From an uncultured Aminicenantes bacterium (GTDB lineage: Bacteria; Acidobacteriota; Aminicenantia; UBA2199), in NCBI GenBank assembly GCA_965195285.1, contig CBDAFS010000039.1:17022-81021 (forward strand): a DNA stretch of 64,000 bases. The letters are read 5' to 3'. Below, one piece after another: positions 51,597 to 61,314 of this stretch. A program made the position numbers and the translations under genes. The notes under the pieces are model-generated. The model worked only from the letters and a program-made list of their open reading frames with translations, was not told where the DNA came from and did not search any database. Numbering within the stretch: the stretch's first letter is position 1; every line of letters starts with the position of its first letter.

Positions 51597-53318
51597 ATGT
51601 CAAGAAAAACAATTATATTACACTTATTATTTTGCTTTATGCTAACCGCGATATGGTCACCCCCGATTCTGCCTGGAGCCAGTGAAAAAAGAATTTTTTT
51701 TTCCACAATCGATTTGAACCGGAATTTCAGTTTAAAATTGGGTGATGCCACGATACAGCCGGTTGCATTTTTTTCTGAATCCCTAACCGGGAAAACAATC
51801 AAAAGAACACTCTCCAACACCTATTTTCTCGGATTACCGGAAGAGGGTGTGCAAAAAAATTCGAAAAGATTCACGCGCGCACTACTTTTTAACTGTGGAC
51901 TTATATTAATTAGTTCAGTTCATTACTGGATAAAGTACAGTGAATGGATTGAGGATTGGCAGTATGAACTAACCTGGGAAGACCAAAAAATCCGGTTTTT
52001 TTCTATGGAAGCACATCGATTCGATTCAAATCCTTTTTTTACCAACTGGTCCCACGCCCTTTCGGGTGCCGCCTACTATAATTTTGCCCGCTATCACCGG
52101 TTGAATAAACTGGAATCACTTCTATTTATATTCGGCTCATCTTTATGGTGGGAATATTTTACTGAATGGCGCGAAGTGATATCAATTAACGATACGATCT
52201 ACTCTGGGATCGGCGGGGGACTATCAGTGGGAGAACCGCTGTACTGGATCGGGAGCTATTTTACACAAAAAAAGGGTATTGGGAATAAAATACTCGGTTT
52301 TATTTTCAATCCGGTTGTAGCCATAAATGATTTGCTGGACAACAAAAAACATATGAGTTATCTCGACCTTCAGCGGTTTGCCAGGCCTGAATTCAATTTA
52401 TTCATTGGCACCCAAATGGTATCCACCAGCGAAGATGAAAACAGCACCTCAACTCAATTTCATACCGGTCTCGACATTCGATTTTATACAATCGAAGGAT
52501 ACAGGGAACCCGGAACCGTAAATAAATTTATTAAAGACACCCTTTTAAGTGAATTATTTGTTGATTTAATCTTTGGAGCCAATACGTTAGAAGAGCACAG
52601 CATCTTTGCTAAAGCAGTTATATTCGGACATTTTATCCAAAAAATAAAACAAGACTCATACAAAAATCTAAAAGGGTACAGCTTTTTTGCAGGTGCGGGT
52701 TCTGCCTTTGATTATTTTAAAAAAAGGGCTGTTGTTTATTATGACCAATTTGAATATCACTTTGACTTTGCCGGAGGAGAAGAAGCTCCTCAGCCCACTG
52801 AGTTTACTGATAAACTGGCCATAATAAATTTAATCGGGCCGGTTTTCGAACTTTCCATTTACTCAGGCCAGTTCGAATTCAGATCATCTATCAGTGCTTA
52901 TATTGATTTTGCTCTATTGAATTCACTGGCTCTAAATGAATATTCAATTGATAATGATCTTTACGAACCACAAATGAAAACCACACTTTCACACTATGGA
53001 TATTACTATGCATTCGGATTTACATTTTCATCTGATATGGATTTGAATTATAAAAATATCCAGTTAAAAGGAAAAATAAAATACCAATACTACGACTCTA
53101 TTGAAGGCCTGGACAGGTTTCAAGATGATGTGGAAGATGATTGCAATATCAGGGATACCCGGTTTATGTATAAAATCAGTCTTGGTTATGCCCTATCAAA
53201 AAGTCCGGTAACAATCCAGCTTGCCTATGAACATATTGACCGGGAAGGAACACTCAAGGACATCACCCATACCTTCTCGGAAGATCGAATTTACGCCCAG
53301 CTGAAAATTTCATTATAA
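51597..53318 (+). CDS. Secreted hypothetical protein (possible outer-membrane protein)
   Basis: Signal-peptide-like N-terminus (MSRKTIILHLLFCFMLTAIWSPPILPGA). ~570 aa rich in aromatics and Gly with no enzymatic motifs. C-terminal ...RIYAQLKISL. Confidence 0.45.
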   Translation: MSRKTIILHLLFCFMLTAIWSPPILPGASEKRIFFSTIDLNRNFSLKLGDATIQPVAFFSESLTGKTIKRTLSNTYFLGLPEEGVQKNSKRFTRALLFNCGLILISSVHYWIKYSEWIEDWQYELTWEDQKIRFFSMEAHRFDSNPFFTNWSHALSGAAYYNFARYHRLNKLESLLFIFGSSLWWEYFTEWREVISINDTIYSGIGGGLSVGEPLYWIGSYFTQKKGIGNKILGFIFNPVVAINDLLDNKKHMSYLDLQRFARPEFNLFIGTQMVSTSEDENSTSTQFHTGLDIRFYTIEGYREPGTVNKFIKDTLLSELFVDLIFGANTLEEHSIFAKAVIFGHFIQKIKQDSYKNLKGYSFFAGAGSAFDYFKKRAVVYYDQFEYHFDFAGGEEAPQPTEFTDKLAIINLIGPVFELSIYSGQFEFRSSISAYIDFALLNSLALNEYSIDNDLYEPQMKTTLSHYGYYYAFGFTFSSDMDLNYKNIQLKGKIKYQYYDSIEGLDRFQDDVEDDCNIRDTRFMYKISLGYALSKSPVTIQLAYEHIDREGTLKDITHTFSEDRIYAQLKISL

Positions 53319-53324
53319 ATCAAT

Positions 53325-54032
53325 CTACAATAACTTAAAAACATCCTCTTCCTTCAAGAGTTTTTCAGCACTTCCAGCAAAGGCAAATTTACCATTGCGC
53401 ATCACATATCCCCTATCAACATACTGTAATGCCAGCCGGGCATTCTGTTCCACTATTAAAACTCCAATATCTTTTTTTAAAGCAACAAGTTTTTTAAATA
53501 GAATTTTCATATAATTGGGAGACAGGCCAGCAGTGGGTTCATCCAGGATGAGAAATTCCGGCTCTGTAATCAGAGACCGGGCCAATGAGAGTATCTGTCG
53601 TTCTCCCCCTGAAAGACTACCAGCAATACGTTTTAAAAGAGGTTCTAAAATTGGAAAAGTTCTGAGTACATTCTCAATCCTGGCAGCCAGTACTCCTCTA
53701 TCTTCCATGGTATATCCACCCATTTCCAGGTTTTCGTGAACCGTCATCCCGGAAAATACCTTGCCTCCATCAGGTACAAAAGCGATTCCGGATCTAAATA
53801 ACTCATAGGGTTTATTATGGATGATCGAAAGACTGTCTCTTTTAATGTCACCTTTTTTTATATACCCGTCATATGCATCTATTATGCCCACCAGGGATCT
53901 CAGCAAAGTGGTTTTTCCCGACCCGTTGGGCCCTAAAATAGCAACCATCTCACCTTTATTGATGATCATATTGATATCTTTAATGATATCAATATTGTTA
54001 TAACCTGCAGTCAGACTTTTAACTTCTATCAC
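53325..54032 (-). CDS. livF: Branched-chain amino acid ABC transporter ATP-binding protein
   Basis: GPNGSGKTTL, LSGGERQILSLARSL, LILDEPTAGL. 235 aa. Confidence 0.8.
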   Translation of the reverse strand: MIEVKSLTAGYNNIDIIKDINMIINKGEMVAILGPNGSGKTTLLRSLVGIIDAYDGYIKKGDIKRDSLSIIHNKPYELFRSGIAFVPDGGKVFSGMTVHENLEMGGYTMEDRGVLAARIENVLRTFPILEPLLKRIAGSLSGGERQILSLARSLITEPEFLILDEPTAGLSPNYMKILFKKLVALKKDIGVLIVEQNARLALQYVDRGYVMRNGKFAFAGSAEKLLKEEDVFKLL

Positions 54033-54829
54033 TCCTCTCCTCCAAAGTAGGCATCAATGACTTTCTTATCTTCCAGAACAACATTTGGTTTGCCATCCGC
54101 AATAACTTCACCTTTATCCAGAACAATGACCCGTTGTGCCACTTCCCGGACTGTTTGCATGTCATGTTCGGCAAAAACAATGGTTTTACCTGATTTTCTC
54201 CATTCCCTAAACAGAGCAATAATTCTCTTCCTGATTTCCGGGAACACACCAGCAGTGGGTTCATCAAATAAAAACAGTTCCGAATCAAGCGCCCGGGCTC
54301 TCATTAACTCCAGCAATCTTCTCTGGCCATGGGATAGATTACCGGCCATTTCATGGGCCATATCATCCAGTTCTGCATTTTTTAAATACATCCTGGATTC
54401 CTCTTCTATTCGTGTACAACTATATTTTATAAAAGGATTTAATCCATAAAAAAGACCTTCTCTTTTTCTCTCTTCCAAAGCAATTAACATATTATCCATC
54501 ACAGAAATTCCGGGAAATATTCTTCCAATCTGAAATGTTCGTCCGATTCCCCTTGCTGAAATATTGTAAGGTGAAAGTTTGACTATGTTTTGTCCCTTGA
54601 AATCAATAGATTTTGTATCTCTATTAGCATCCAGATAACCCATGATAACATTGATCAGGGTTGTTTTTCCGCTGCCATTTGGTCCGATAAGTGCTGTGAT
54701 GGATTGTTTTTCGATATTCAAATTGAGTTTGCTTAATGCTCTAACACCATCAAAACTTTTACTCAAATTCCGGATGGATAAAATATGATTTTCCAGATGA
54801 TTTCCGTTTTTCGCACTCATTTTTATCAT
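54029..54829 (-). CDS. livG: Branched-chain amino acid ABC transporter ATP-binding protein
   Basis: GPNGSGKTTL, LSHGQRRLLELMRA, LFLFDEPTAG. 266 aa. Confidence 0.8.
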   Translation of the reverse strand: MIKMSAKNGNHLENHILSIRNLSKSFDGVRALSKLNLNIEKQSITALIGPNGSGKTTLINVIMGYLDANRDTKSIDFKGQNIVKLSPYNISARGIGRTFQIGRIFPGISVMDNMLIALEERKREGLFYGLNPFIKYSCTRIEEESRMYLKNAELDDMAHEMAGNLSHGQRRLLELMRARALDSELFLFDEPTAGVFPEIRKRIIALFREWRKSGKTIVFAEHDMQTVREVAQRVIVLDKGEVIADGKPNVVLEDKKVIDAYFGGEE

Positions 54830-54839
54830 TTTATAAGAG

Positions 54840-55709
54840 CTATTTCCACTTTACTTTTCCCAATATTCCCTGGGGCCGGAATATCATCAATATCACCAGG
54901 ATTAATCCATATAACATCTGTCTGAGTTGTGCGGCAATGGATGAAGGCAATCCCAAAAATCTAAGAGCTTCCGGTATGGCTATTAAGAGAAAAGCACCCA
55001 GAATGGCGCCTCGAAGGGTTCCCATACCCCCAAAAATGACCATCAGCAGAATGGTAATGGATTCCATCACCGTAAAGCTCGAGGGATCAATAAAAGTGAT
55101 ATAATGGGCATATAATGCACCGGCAATTCCGGCAAAAAATGCGCCGGTCATAAACACCTTCAATTTAAAAAGAGGGGTGTTTTTTTTCAAAGCCCGGGCA
55201 GCTCGCTCATCTTCTCGGATGGCTTTCAAAACCCTTCCAAAAGGTCTTTTTACCAATAATATCAATAGGAAATAAGTAATAAAAGCAATCAATGCTACAA
55301 AAATCAAATATTGCCAGACCTCACTGAATTCAAATCCAAAAACAGATAAAGCTGGAATACCGGGCAGACCCATGGGACCCCGGGTAAGAGATACCCAGTT
55401 TTTAGCCACCACATAAGCAATGATGCCAAAGCCAAAGGTTGCCAGAGCCAGGTAATCTCCCTTCATTTTTATGGCCGGATAAGACACAATGGCTCCGGCA
55501 ATGGAAGCCAAAATTCCACCTATAAGCATTCCCAGAAGAGGGGGAAATCCCAAATTTAAAGCCAGTAAGGTTGATGTATAAGCTCCAACTAATGAAAAAG
55601 CAGCATGGCCAAGAGATGGGATACCGGTATAGCCGACTATGATATCAAGACTCATGGCCAGTATGGCATAAATCCCGAATATCACTAATATATGTAAAAA
55701 ATATTCCAC
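54840..55709 (-). CDS. livM: Branched-chain amino acid ABC transporter permease
   Basis: 289 aa polytopic permease of the LivM/BraE type. Confidence 0.75.
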   Translation of the reverse strand: MEYFLHILVIFGIYAILAMSLDIIVGYTGIPSLGHAAFSLVGAYTSTLLALNLGFPPLLGMLIGGILASIAGAIVSYPAIKMKGDYLALATFGFGIIAYVVAKNWVSLTRGPMGLPGIPALSVFGFEFSEVWQYLIFVALIAFITYFLLILLVKRPFGRVLKAIREDERAARALKKNTPLFKLKVFMTGAFFAGIAGALYAHYITFIDPSSFTVMESITILLMVIFGGMGTLRGAILGAFLLIAIPEALRFLGLPSSIAAQLRQMLYGLILVILMIFRPQGILGKVKWK

Positions 55710-55711
55710 GT

Positions 55712-56614
55712 TCAGCGCTCCTTTTTACCTAAAATTCCCTGGGGCCTGAACAACAGGAATATTAAAAATATTCCAAATACAATGGCATCCTTCCATCCGG
55801 CAGGCATGAACCAAACAGCCAGGTTCTCGGTAAATCCCAGGAAAAGACTTCCAACCAGGGCTCCCCAGATGCTGCCAATTCCTCCAATTATAACGGCAAT
55901 GATTCCTTTTAACAGAATGTTAAATCCCATGGTGGGTTCCAGATTGGTTTCCAGGGATATCAGCACACCGGAAAGCCCGGCAATAGCCGAACCCAGTATG
56001 AATGCAAACAGTATGATTTTTTCCGGGTTTATTCCCACGATACTGGCTGTTATTGGATCATTAGACACCGCCCTCATGGCTTTTCCAATCTTGGTGTATC
56101 CGGTAATGAATAGAACAAAAATAAATACAACCATTGCTGAACCAATGATGAGAATCTGTATGGGTGTAATTATTCCACCCAGAAAATGTAGCCCTTCTTT
56201 AACCGGTCCGGTTCTCAAGGTTAAAATTTGATTGCCATAAATCATGGCAATCAGATTCTGGATAAAAATGAATATCCCAAAAGAGGCCAGAAGTAAAATT
56301 AAATTGGATGCCTTCCGTTTCCTTAAAGGCTTATAAACCATTCTGTCAATCAAAATCCCTGCAATCGCAGCTACAACCATAGCTAACAAAGCAGCGAATA
56401 TATATAAAAATATTGGAGATGCTTCAGAACTTCCCCTCCTGGACTCCCCTACCCACCAACTCATCAATGAAAAAGCAGTATACGCCCCAACCGTATAAAC
56501 CGCACCATGAGCCAGATGAAAAAACCTTATAGTGGAATATATTATCGAAAAGCTTGCTGCAACCAACAAATAATTTCCGACTAAAATTAATGTATTAAAA
56601 AGTATCTGACTCAT
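55712..56614 (-). CDS. livH: Branched-chain amino acid ABC transporter permease
   Basis: 300 aa polytopic permease of the LivH/BraD type. Confidence 0.75.
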   Translation of the reverse strand: MSQILFNTLILVGNYLLVAASFSIIYSTIRFFHLAHGAVYTVGAYTAFSLMSWWVGESRRGSSEASPIFLYIFAALLAMVVAAIAGILIDRMVYKPLRKRKASNLILLLASFGIFIFIQNLIAMIYGNQILTLRTGPVKEGLHFLGGIITPIQILIIGSAMVVFIFVLFITGYTKIGKAMRAVSNDPITASIVGINPEKIILFAFILGSAIAGLSGVLISLETNLEPTMGFNILLKGIIAVIIGGIGSIWGALVGSLFLGFTENLAVWFMPAGWKDAIVFGIFLIFLLFRPQGILGKKER

Positions 56615-56693
56615 TTATGTTAACCAAACTTTTTATTTTAATTTTTTTCAATATGATTTGCAAAATAAATTTACTTTTTTTATATGCACTCTT

Positions 56694-57698
56694 TTACCAT
56701 AAATCACCTATAACATTAGCAAAAGCAATCATTCCATTTTTTGCGGATGATGTCTTTAAAGAATTAAGACTCTCAATAGCTTCACTAGTATTAACTTTAA
56801 TAATTCTTTTACATTGATCAATCGAACCGGAATCTTTGATTATCTCAAAACATTTTTTCAGACTTTTTTCATTATTTTTTTTACGTTTAAAAGTCTTTAA
56901 TAAAAAATTTCTATCTTTTTCATTGGCAAGTTGTAAAGCCATTATAAATGGTAATCTCATTTTTTTCTGTTTTATATCTCCTCCTAATTGTTTTCCAATG
57001 AGTCTTACATTTCCAATAATTTCAAGAACATCATCTTTGATTTGGAAAGCAACTCCCAAAAATTTACCATAAGTAGAGATTGAATTAATTTCCTTAATAT
57101 TTCCTCCCCCAAGAATTGCTCCAATTTTCAAACTGCATATGATCAATGAAGCTGTGGTTTTTGAAATCATTTCCATATATTGCTTTTCAGTGATGTTCTG
57201 ATTGTATTCAAAATCTAAATCAAGAAACTGACCTATATATAATTCTTTATATGTTTCTTTTAATGTTTCTTCTGATTTTAATATCCTATTAACAGGAATC
57301 TTATCATTTGAATACAATTCAGACATTGCAGCATGTGCAACGCTATTTAGGATTTCACCTATTATTACTGCTTTTTTTGCACCATGAGCAGAATAAACTG
57401 ATATAACTCCTCCTCTCAAGGATGATTCATCTAGAAAATCATCAATAATTAAAGTAGAAAAATGAAAAAGTTCAACAGCAATTGCTGCTGGTAGAATTAT
57501 GTTATATTCACCTCCAACAGATTCACAGGCTAATTTCATCAAGAAGGGTCTTTCTCTATGTCCTTTAGGCTTTAATGCAAATTCAATTATCTTTTTTATT
57601 TTAATTTTTTGAATATTTAAAAACTTGAAAATTTCATCATCAATTATTTTACTATTCTCTTTAAATATTCTATTGATAGATTGGTGTAAATTTATCAT
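56694..57698 (-). CDS. Polyprenyl diphosphate synthase (trans-isoprenyl diphosphate synthase)
   Basis: First Asp-rich motif LIIDDFLDE (DDxxD). Second motif FQIKDDVLE. 334 aa. Very AT-rich gene. Confidence 0.7.
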   Translation of the reverse strand: MINLHQSINRIFKENSKIIDDEIFKFLNIQKIKIKKIIEFALKPKGHRERPFLMKLACESVGGEYNIILPAAIAVELFHFSTLIIDDFLDESSLRGGVISVYSAHGAKKAVIIGEILNSVAHAAMSELYSNDKIPVNRILKSEETLKETYKELYIGQFLDLDFEYNQNITEKQYMEMISKTTASLIICSLKIGAILGGGNIKEINSISTYGKFLGVAFQIKDDVLEIIGNVRLIGKQLGGDIKQKKMRLPFIMALQLANEKDRNFLLKTFKRKKNNEKSLKKCFEIIKDSGSIDQCKRIIKVNTSEAIESLNSLKTSSAKNGMIAFANVIGDLW

Positions 57699-57904
57699 AA
57701 TGAAGAATATAATCTAAATCAATCAACTTCATATTTAATTTCAGATTCTGGCCTTTTTTTAGAGTTCTTAATTTTAAATAAAAACCTTTTTTTCATTAGA
57801 TCAAAAAGCTTTTTTGTTTTCAAATGTTTTTTTAAGATACGCTTAGTTGGCTTTTCTCCGAGAACCAATTGTGCCATTCAAATTCCTCCATATCCATATT
57901 AATA

Positions 57905-58699
57905 CTAATATTGAATATACTGCAATTTCTCAAATGTTTCAATTTGAGTTGAATAACTCCCTGCTTTCGTTTTTCCTGCAGTAATCACTAATTTTACTTT
58001 ATTCTTTAATTCAAAATCCTTCTTAAGATCAATTGTTGAAATTGCTAATATATCATCTGCTAAAGCAAAATCTCTAATTTCAATATTATTATTGAGTACA
58101 TCTTTTCTATTACAAACTTTTAAAGTTATATTAGCTTCTTTGGAATTTTGCCCGAGCAGACTTTTCTCTAACTTTTTGTATGTAATTGTCTCATTAGTAG
58201 GTATTATATATCGTGTTTTTTTGATATCTTTTACTTTTAAGAGATTATTATATTCTTTTAGATGTTCGTTATATTTATACCAATCACTTAGATGAATTGT
58301 ATAGGTGGTTTCCCATTTTTTTTCTGCGAAATATAATCCACTAATCAAAAATTTTATATACTCCTCACATGTTACATTAAAAGGAATTTCAATTTCATTT
58401 CCTTTTAAAGCTGAATTCAGTATTGTGAATATTATAATTTTTGACTTTGTTAATGCACTTATATTACATTCTTTTAATACTTTGAGTAGATTGGGGCAGA
58501 TATTTTTATATTCCAAAATAAATGAAGTAGTGAAGTAAGAAACAATAGCTATACTTATGAGGCCAAGATAATAATATAAAAGTTTTGAGATAGAGCTATC
58601 ATCAGGTGTGTTTATAATTACATCAAAAATAAATGTTATAAGTAATGAAAAAAATATCGAAAATAGAATATTTGAAGTATTTTTTAATTTATCTTTCAT
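57905..58699 (-). CDS. Hypothetical membrane protein (2 N-terminal TM segments plus soluble domain)
   Basis: 264 aa, AT-rich, no recognisable motifs. Confidence 0.4.
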   Translation of the reverse strand: MKDKLKNTSNILFSIFFSLLITFIFDVIINTPDDSSISKLLYYYLGLISIAIVSYFTTSFILEYKNICPNLLKVLKECNISALTKSKIIIFTILNSALKGNEIEIPFNVTCEEYIKFLISGLYFAEKKWETTYTIHLSDWYKYNEHLKEYNNLLKVKDIKKTRYIIPTNETITYKKLEKSLLGQNSKEANITLKVCNRKDVLNNNIEIRDFALADDILAISTIDLKKDFELKNKVKLVITAGKTKAGSYSTQIETFEKLQYIQY

Positions 58700-58716
58700 A
58701 ATTATTATTGGTTATA

Positions 58717-59841
58717 TTATTCATATATTTGAAACTTCCCACCCCTTACAATTTTGATTACAGCTTGTTGAATCACATCACCATTTTTATCAAATGTTGT
58801 ATCACCAACAATTCCTGGATAATGCTTTACTGTATATATATAATTTTTAATACTTTCCGCAGTTAATTCAGCATTTGATTCTAATATCGCCAATGATATA
58901 ATCTTAATAGCATCATAACTCAAGGCAGCAAAAATATCTGGTTCCACATTATATTTATCTACATATTTTTTTACAAATTTTTTGATATTATGGGCATTAC
59001 TTTTTGGATCATAAGTTCGAGCTGAATATATAACACCTTCGGCAGAATCACCTGCAATCTTAAGAATCTCAGGATCCTCAAACATCACAGTGCTTAAAAA
59101 CTGTTTGTTAATGTCAAGCTCTCTTGATTGTCTAAGTAATTGCGCTAGTTCTTTATAGCCGATAATATAGATTGCATCTGGATTATACTTTTTTATTTTA
59201 GATAATTGTAAACGAAAATCTGTAGTTCCTTGATCAAAAGTTTCTGAAATCAAGATTTCTCCGCCTAATTTTATATAATTTGTGGTAAATACATCTTTTA
59301 TTCCTAAGCCATAGTCATTATTTACATAAAGAATAGCAACTTTTTCCAATTTCATTTTTCTAATTGAAAATTCAGCCATAATATTCCCTTCAAAAATATC
59401 AGATGCACAATTTCGAAAAATATAATCACCAGCATTAGTTATTTCAGGTGCAGAAGATGTTGGAGAAAGTAATACAACTTTGTTTTTATTCAAAATTGGC
59501 GATACTGCCAAAGTCACACTACTGAACAAACCACCAATTATAACTGGTACATTATGTGTTGATATCAACATTTGAACTGCTAAAACACCTGTTTTTGGAT
59601 CACCTTTTGAATCTTCAAAAATTACTTCGATTTTTTTCTTAGTACTTTTTTTTTCATTTATTTCATCAATAGCAAGATTAATAGCATTTTTTGCTGTTTC
59701 CCCATATTTAGCACCATCTCCAGTTAAAGGCATAATAGCGCCAATCTTTATTACAGTTTCCTCTTTTATTGGTTTACAACTTTGAGCACAAATAATCAAC
59801 AATACTAAACAGACTGCTAATGAATAATTTTTTTTACTCAT
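58717..59841 (-). CDS. Lipoprotein, type-I periplasmic binding protein (LivK/branched-chain amino acid binding family)
   Basis: Lipobox LLIICAQSC. IKIGAIMPLTGDGAKYGE..VPVIIGGLFSSV is typical of Leu/Ile/Val-binding SBPs. AT-rich, unlike livFGMH. Confidence 0.7.
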   Translation of the reverse strand: MSKKNYSLAVCLVLLIICAQSCKPIKEETVIKIGAIMPLTGDGAKYGETAKNAINLAIDEINEKKSTKKKIEVIFEDSKGDPKTGVLAVQMLISTHNVPVIIGGLFSSVTLAVSPILNKNKVVLLSPTSSAPEITNAGDYIFRNCASDIFEGNIMAEFSIRKMKLEKVAILYVNNDYGLGIKDVFTTNYIKLGGEILISETFDQGTTDFRLQLSKIKKYNPDAIYIIGYKELAQLLRQSRELDINKQFLSTVMFEDPEILKIAGDSAEGVIYSARTYDPKSNAHNIKKFVKKYVDKYNVEPDIFAALSYDAIKIISLAILESNAELTAESIKNYIYTVKHYPGIVGDTTFDKNGDVIQQAVIKIVRGGKFQIYE

Positions 59842-60081
59842 AAAAACCTCCCAACAACCTTAATTATAAAATTAATTAAATCAAATTCAAAAAAAAAAGT
59901 CAAATTGAAAAAAGTATTTTCATAAATTAATATACATAAACATTTAAATAAGAAGAATTGAATAAATTCGATTTAAAATCCCAATTCAAATATTGACAAA
60001 AAAAAAGAATTTATTAATAATACAAATGGGATACAGAATTTATTTCTTATAGTTAAAATTAGTTTTTTCAAAATAAAACAA

Positions 60082-61314
60082 ATGTATTACATAGAACTAT
60101 TTTCAGGTGCCGGTGGATTATCCGAAGGTTTCATAAAAGCAGGGTTTAAACCAATAGCCCATATTGAGATGGATAAAAATTCATGTTGTACATTAAAAAC
60201 CAGACATGCTTATCACTATTTAAAAAAAAAGAGGAAACTGGATATATATCAATCCTATTTAAAAAAAGAAATATCACGCGAAGATTTGTATTCAACAATC
60301 CCTGATGATTTAATTGAATCAATTATAGAGACAGAAATTACAGAAAATAATCTAAAACTTATTTTCAATAAAATAAAATATTTTCAAAAAAGTAAAAGTA
60401 TATCAGATATTGATTTAATTATTGGGGGCCCTCCCTGTCAGGCATATTCAACCATTGGAAGAGCAGCAACAAAAAACAAAAAGTCTTTTGACCTTAGAAA
60501 TTATTTGTATCAACTATACGGTCGTTTTTTATTGGAATTCAAACCAAAATTATTCTTATTTGAAAATGTACCGGGTATAAAAACAGCAGGAAATGGTCAG
60601 TATTATTGTAGTTTGAAGGACGAATTCAGAAATTTTGGATATGAAATTGAAGATAGAATGCAAAATGCTGCAGATTATGGCGTCATACAGAGAAGAGAAA
60701 GAGTTATCATAATTGGCTGGCGGAAGGATATACAGTTTAGATATCCTGAATTTGAGAATATTGAGAATAAATGGACGGTTAAGGATATATTATTCGATTT
60801 ACCTGAATTGAAAGCTGGAGAATCAATTAATATTGGAAAGTATATAAGTAAACCATCTGAATATATAAAAATGTTCAATATCCGTAATGGAAGTGATATT
60901 TTGACCCAACATATAGCTAGACCTCATAATAAAAAAGATTTAAGAATTTATAAACTGGCAATTGAAAAGTGGAACAAAAACCATAAGAGAATAATGAATT
61001 TCGAAATTCCAGACAAAATTAGAACCCAGAAAAACATTTCATCATTCCTTGATCGATTTAAAGTTGTATCAAAAGATGATTTATCACATACATTAATAGC
61101 TCATATAGCAAAAGATGGACATCATTATATTCATCCGGATATTGAACAGTTAAGATCTATTAGTATTAGGGAAGCAGCAAGGATCCAATCTTTCGAAGAT
61201 AATTACTATTTTGAAGGCCCAAGAACTTCTATTTTTAATCAAATTGGAAATGCAGTCCCTCCACTCTTGTCCTATGCTATTGCTTCAAAAATAAGGGATA
61301 TTATAAATGTCTAA
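60082..61314 (+). CDS. DNA (cytosine-5)-methyltransferase
   Basis: Motif I ELFSGAGGL. Motif IV GGPPCQAYS. Motif VI LFENVPG. Motif X QIGNAVPP. Variable TRD in between. 410 aa. Confidence 0.85.
   Translation: MYYIELFSGAGGLSEGFIKAGFKPIAHIEMDKNSCCTLKTRHAYHYLKKKRKLDIYQSYLKKEISREDLYSTIPDDLIESIIETEITENNLKLIFNKIKYFQKSKSISDIDLIIGGPPCQAYSTIGRAATKNKKSFDLRNYLYQLYGRFLLEFKPKLFLFENVPGIKTAGNGQYYCSLKDEFRNFGYEIEDRMQNAADYGVIQRRERVIIIGWRKDIQFRYPEFENIENKWTVKDILFDLPELKAGESINIGKYISKPSEYIKMFNIRNGSDILTQHIARPHNKKDLRIYKLAIEKWNKNHKRIMNFEIPDKIRTQKNISSFLDRFKVVSKDDLSHTLIAHIAKDGHHYIHPDIEQLRSISIREAARIQSFEDNYYFEGPRTSIFNQIGNAVPPLLSYAIASKIRDIINV

Noticed and set aside
55782-56231. 149-aa plus-strand ORF (and similar ones at 38593-39177, 10868-11452, 949-1239, 50776-51123)
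   Set aside because: Each lies entirely antisense within a well-supported gene with clear family motifs. These are shadow ORFs.
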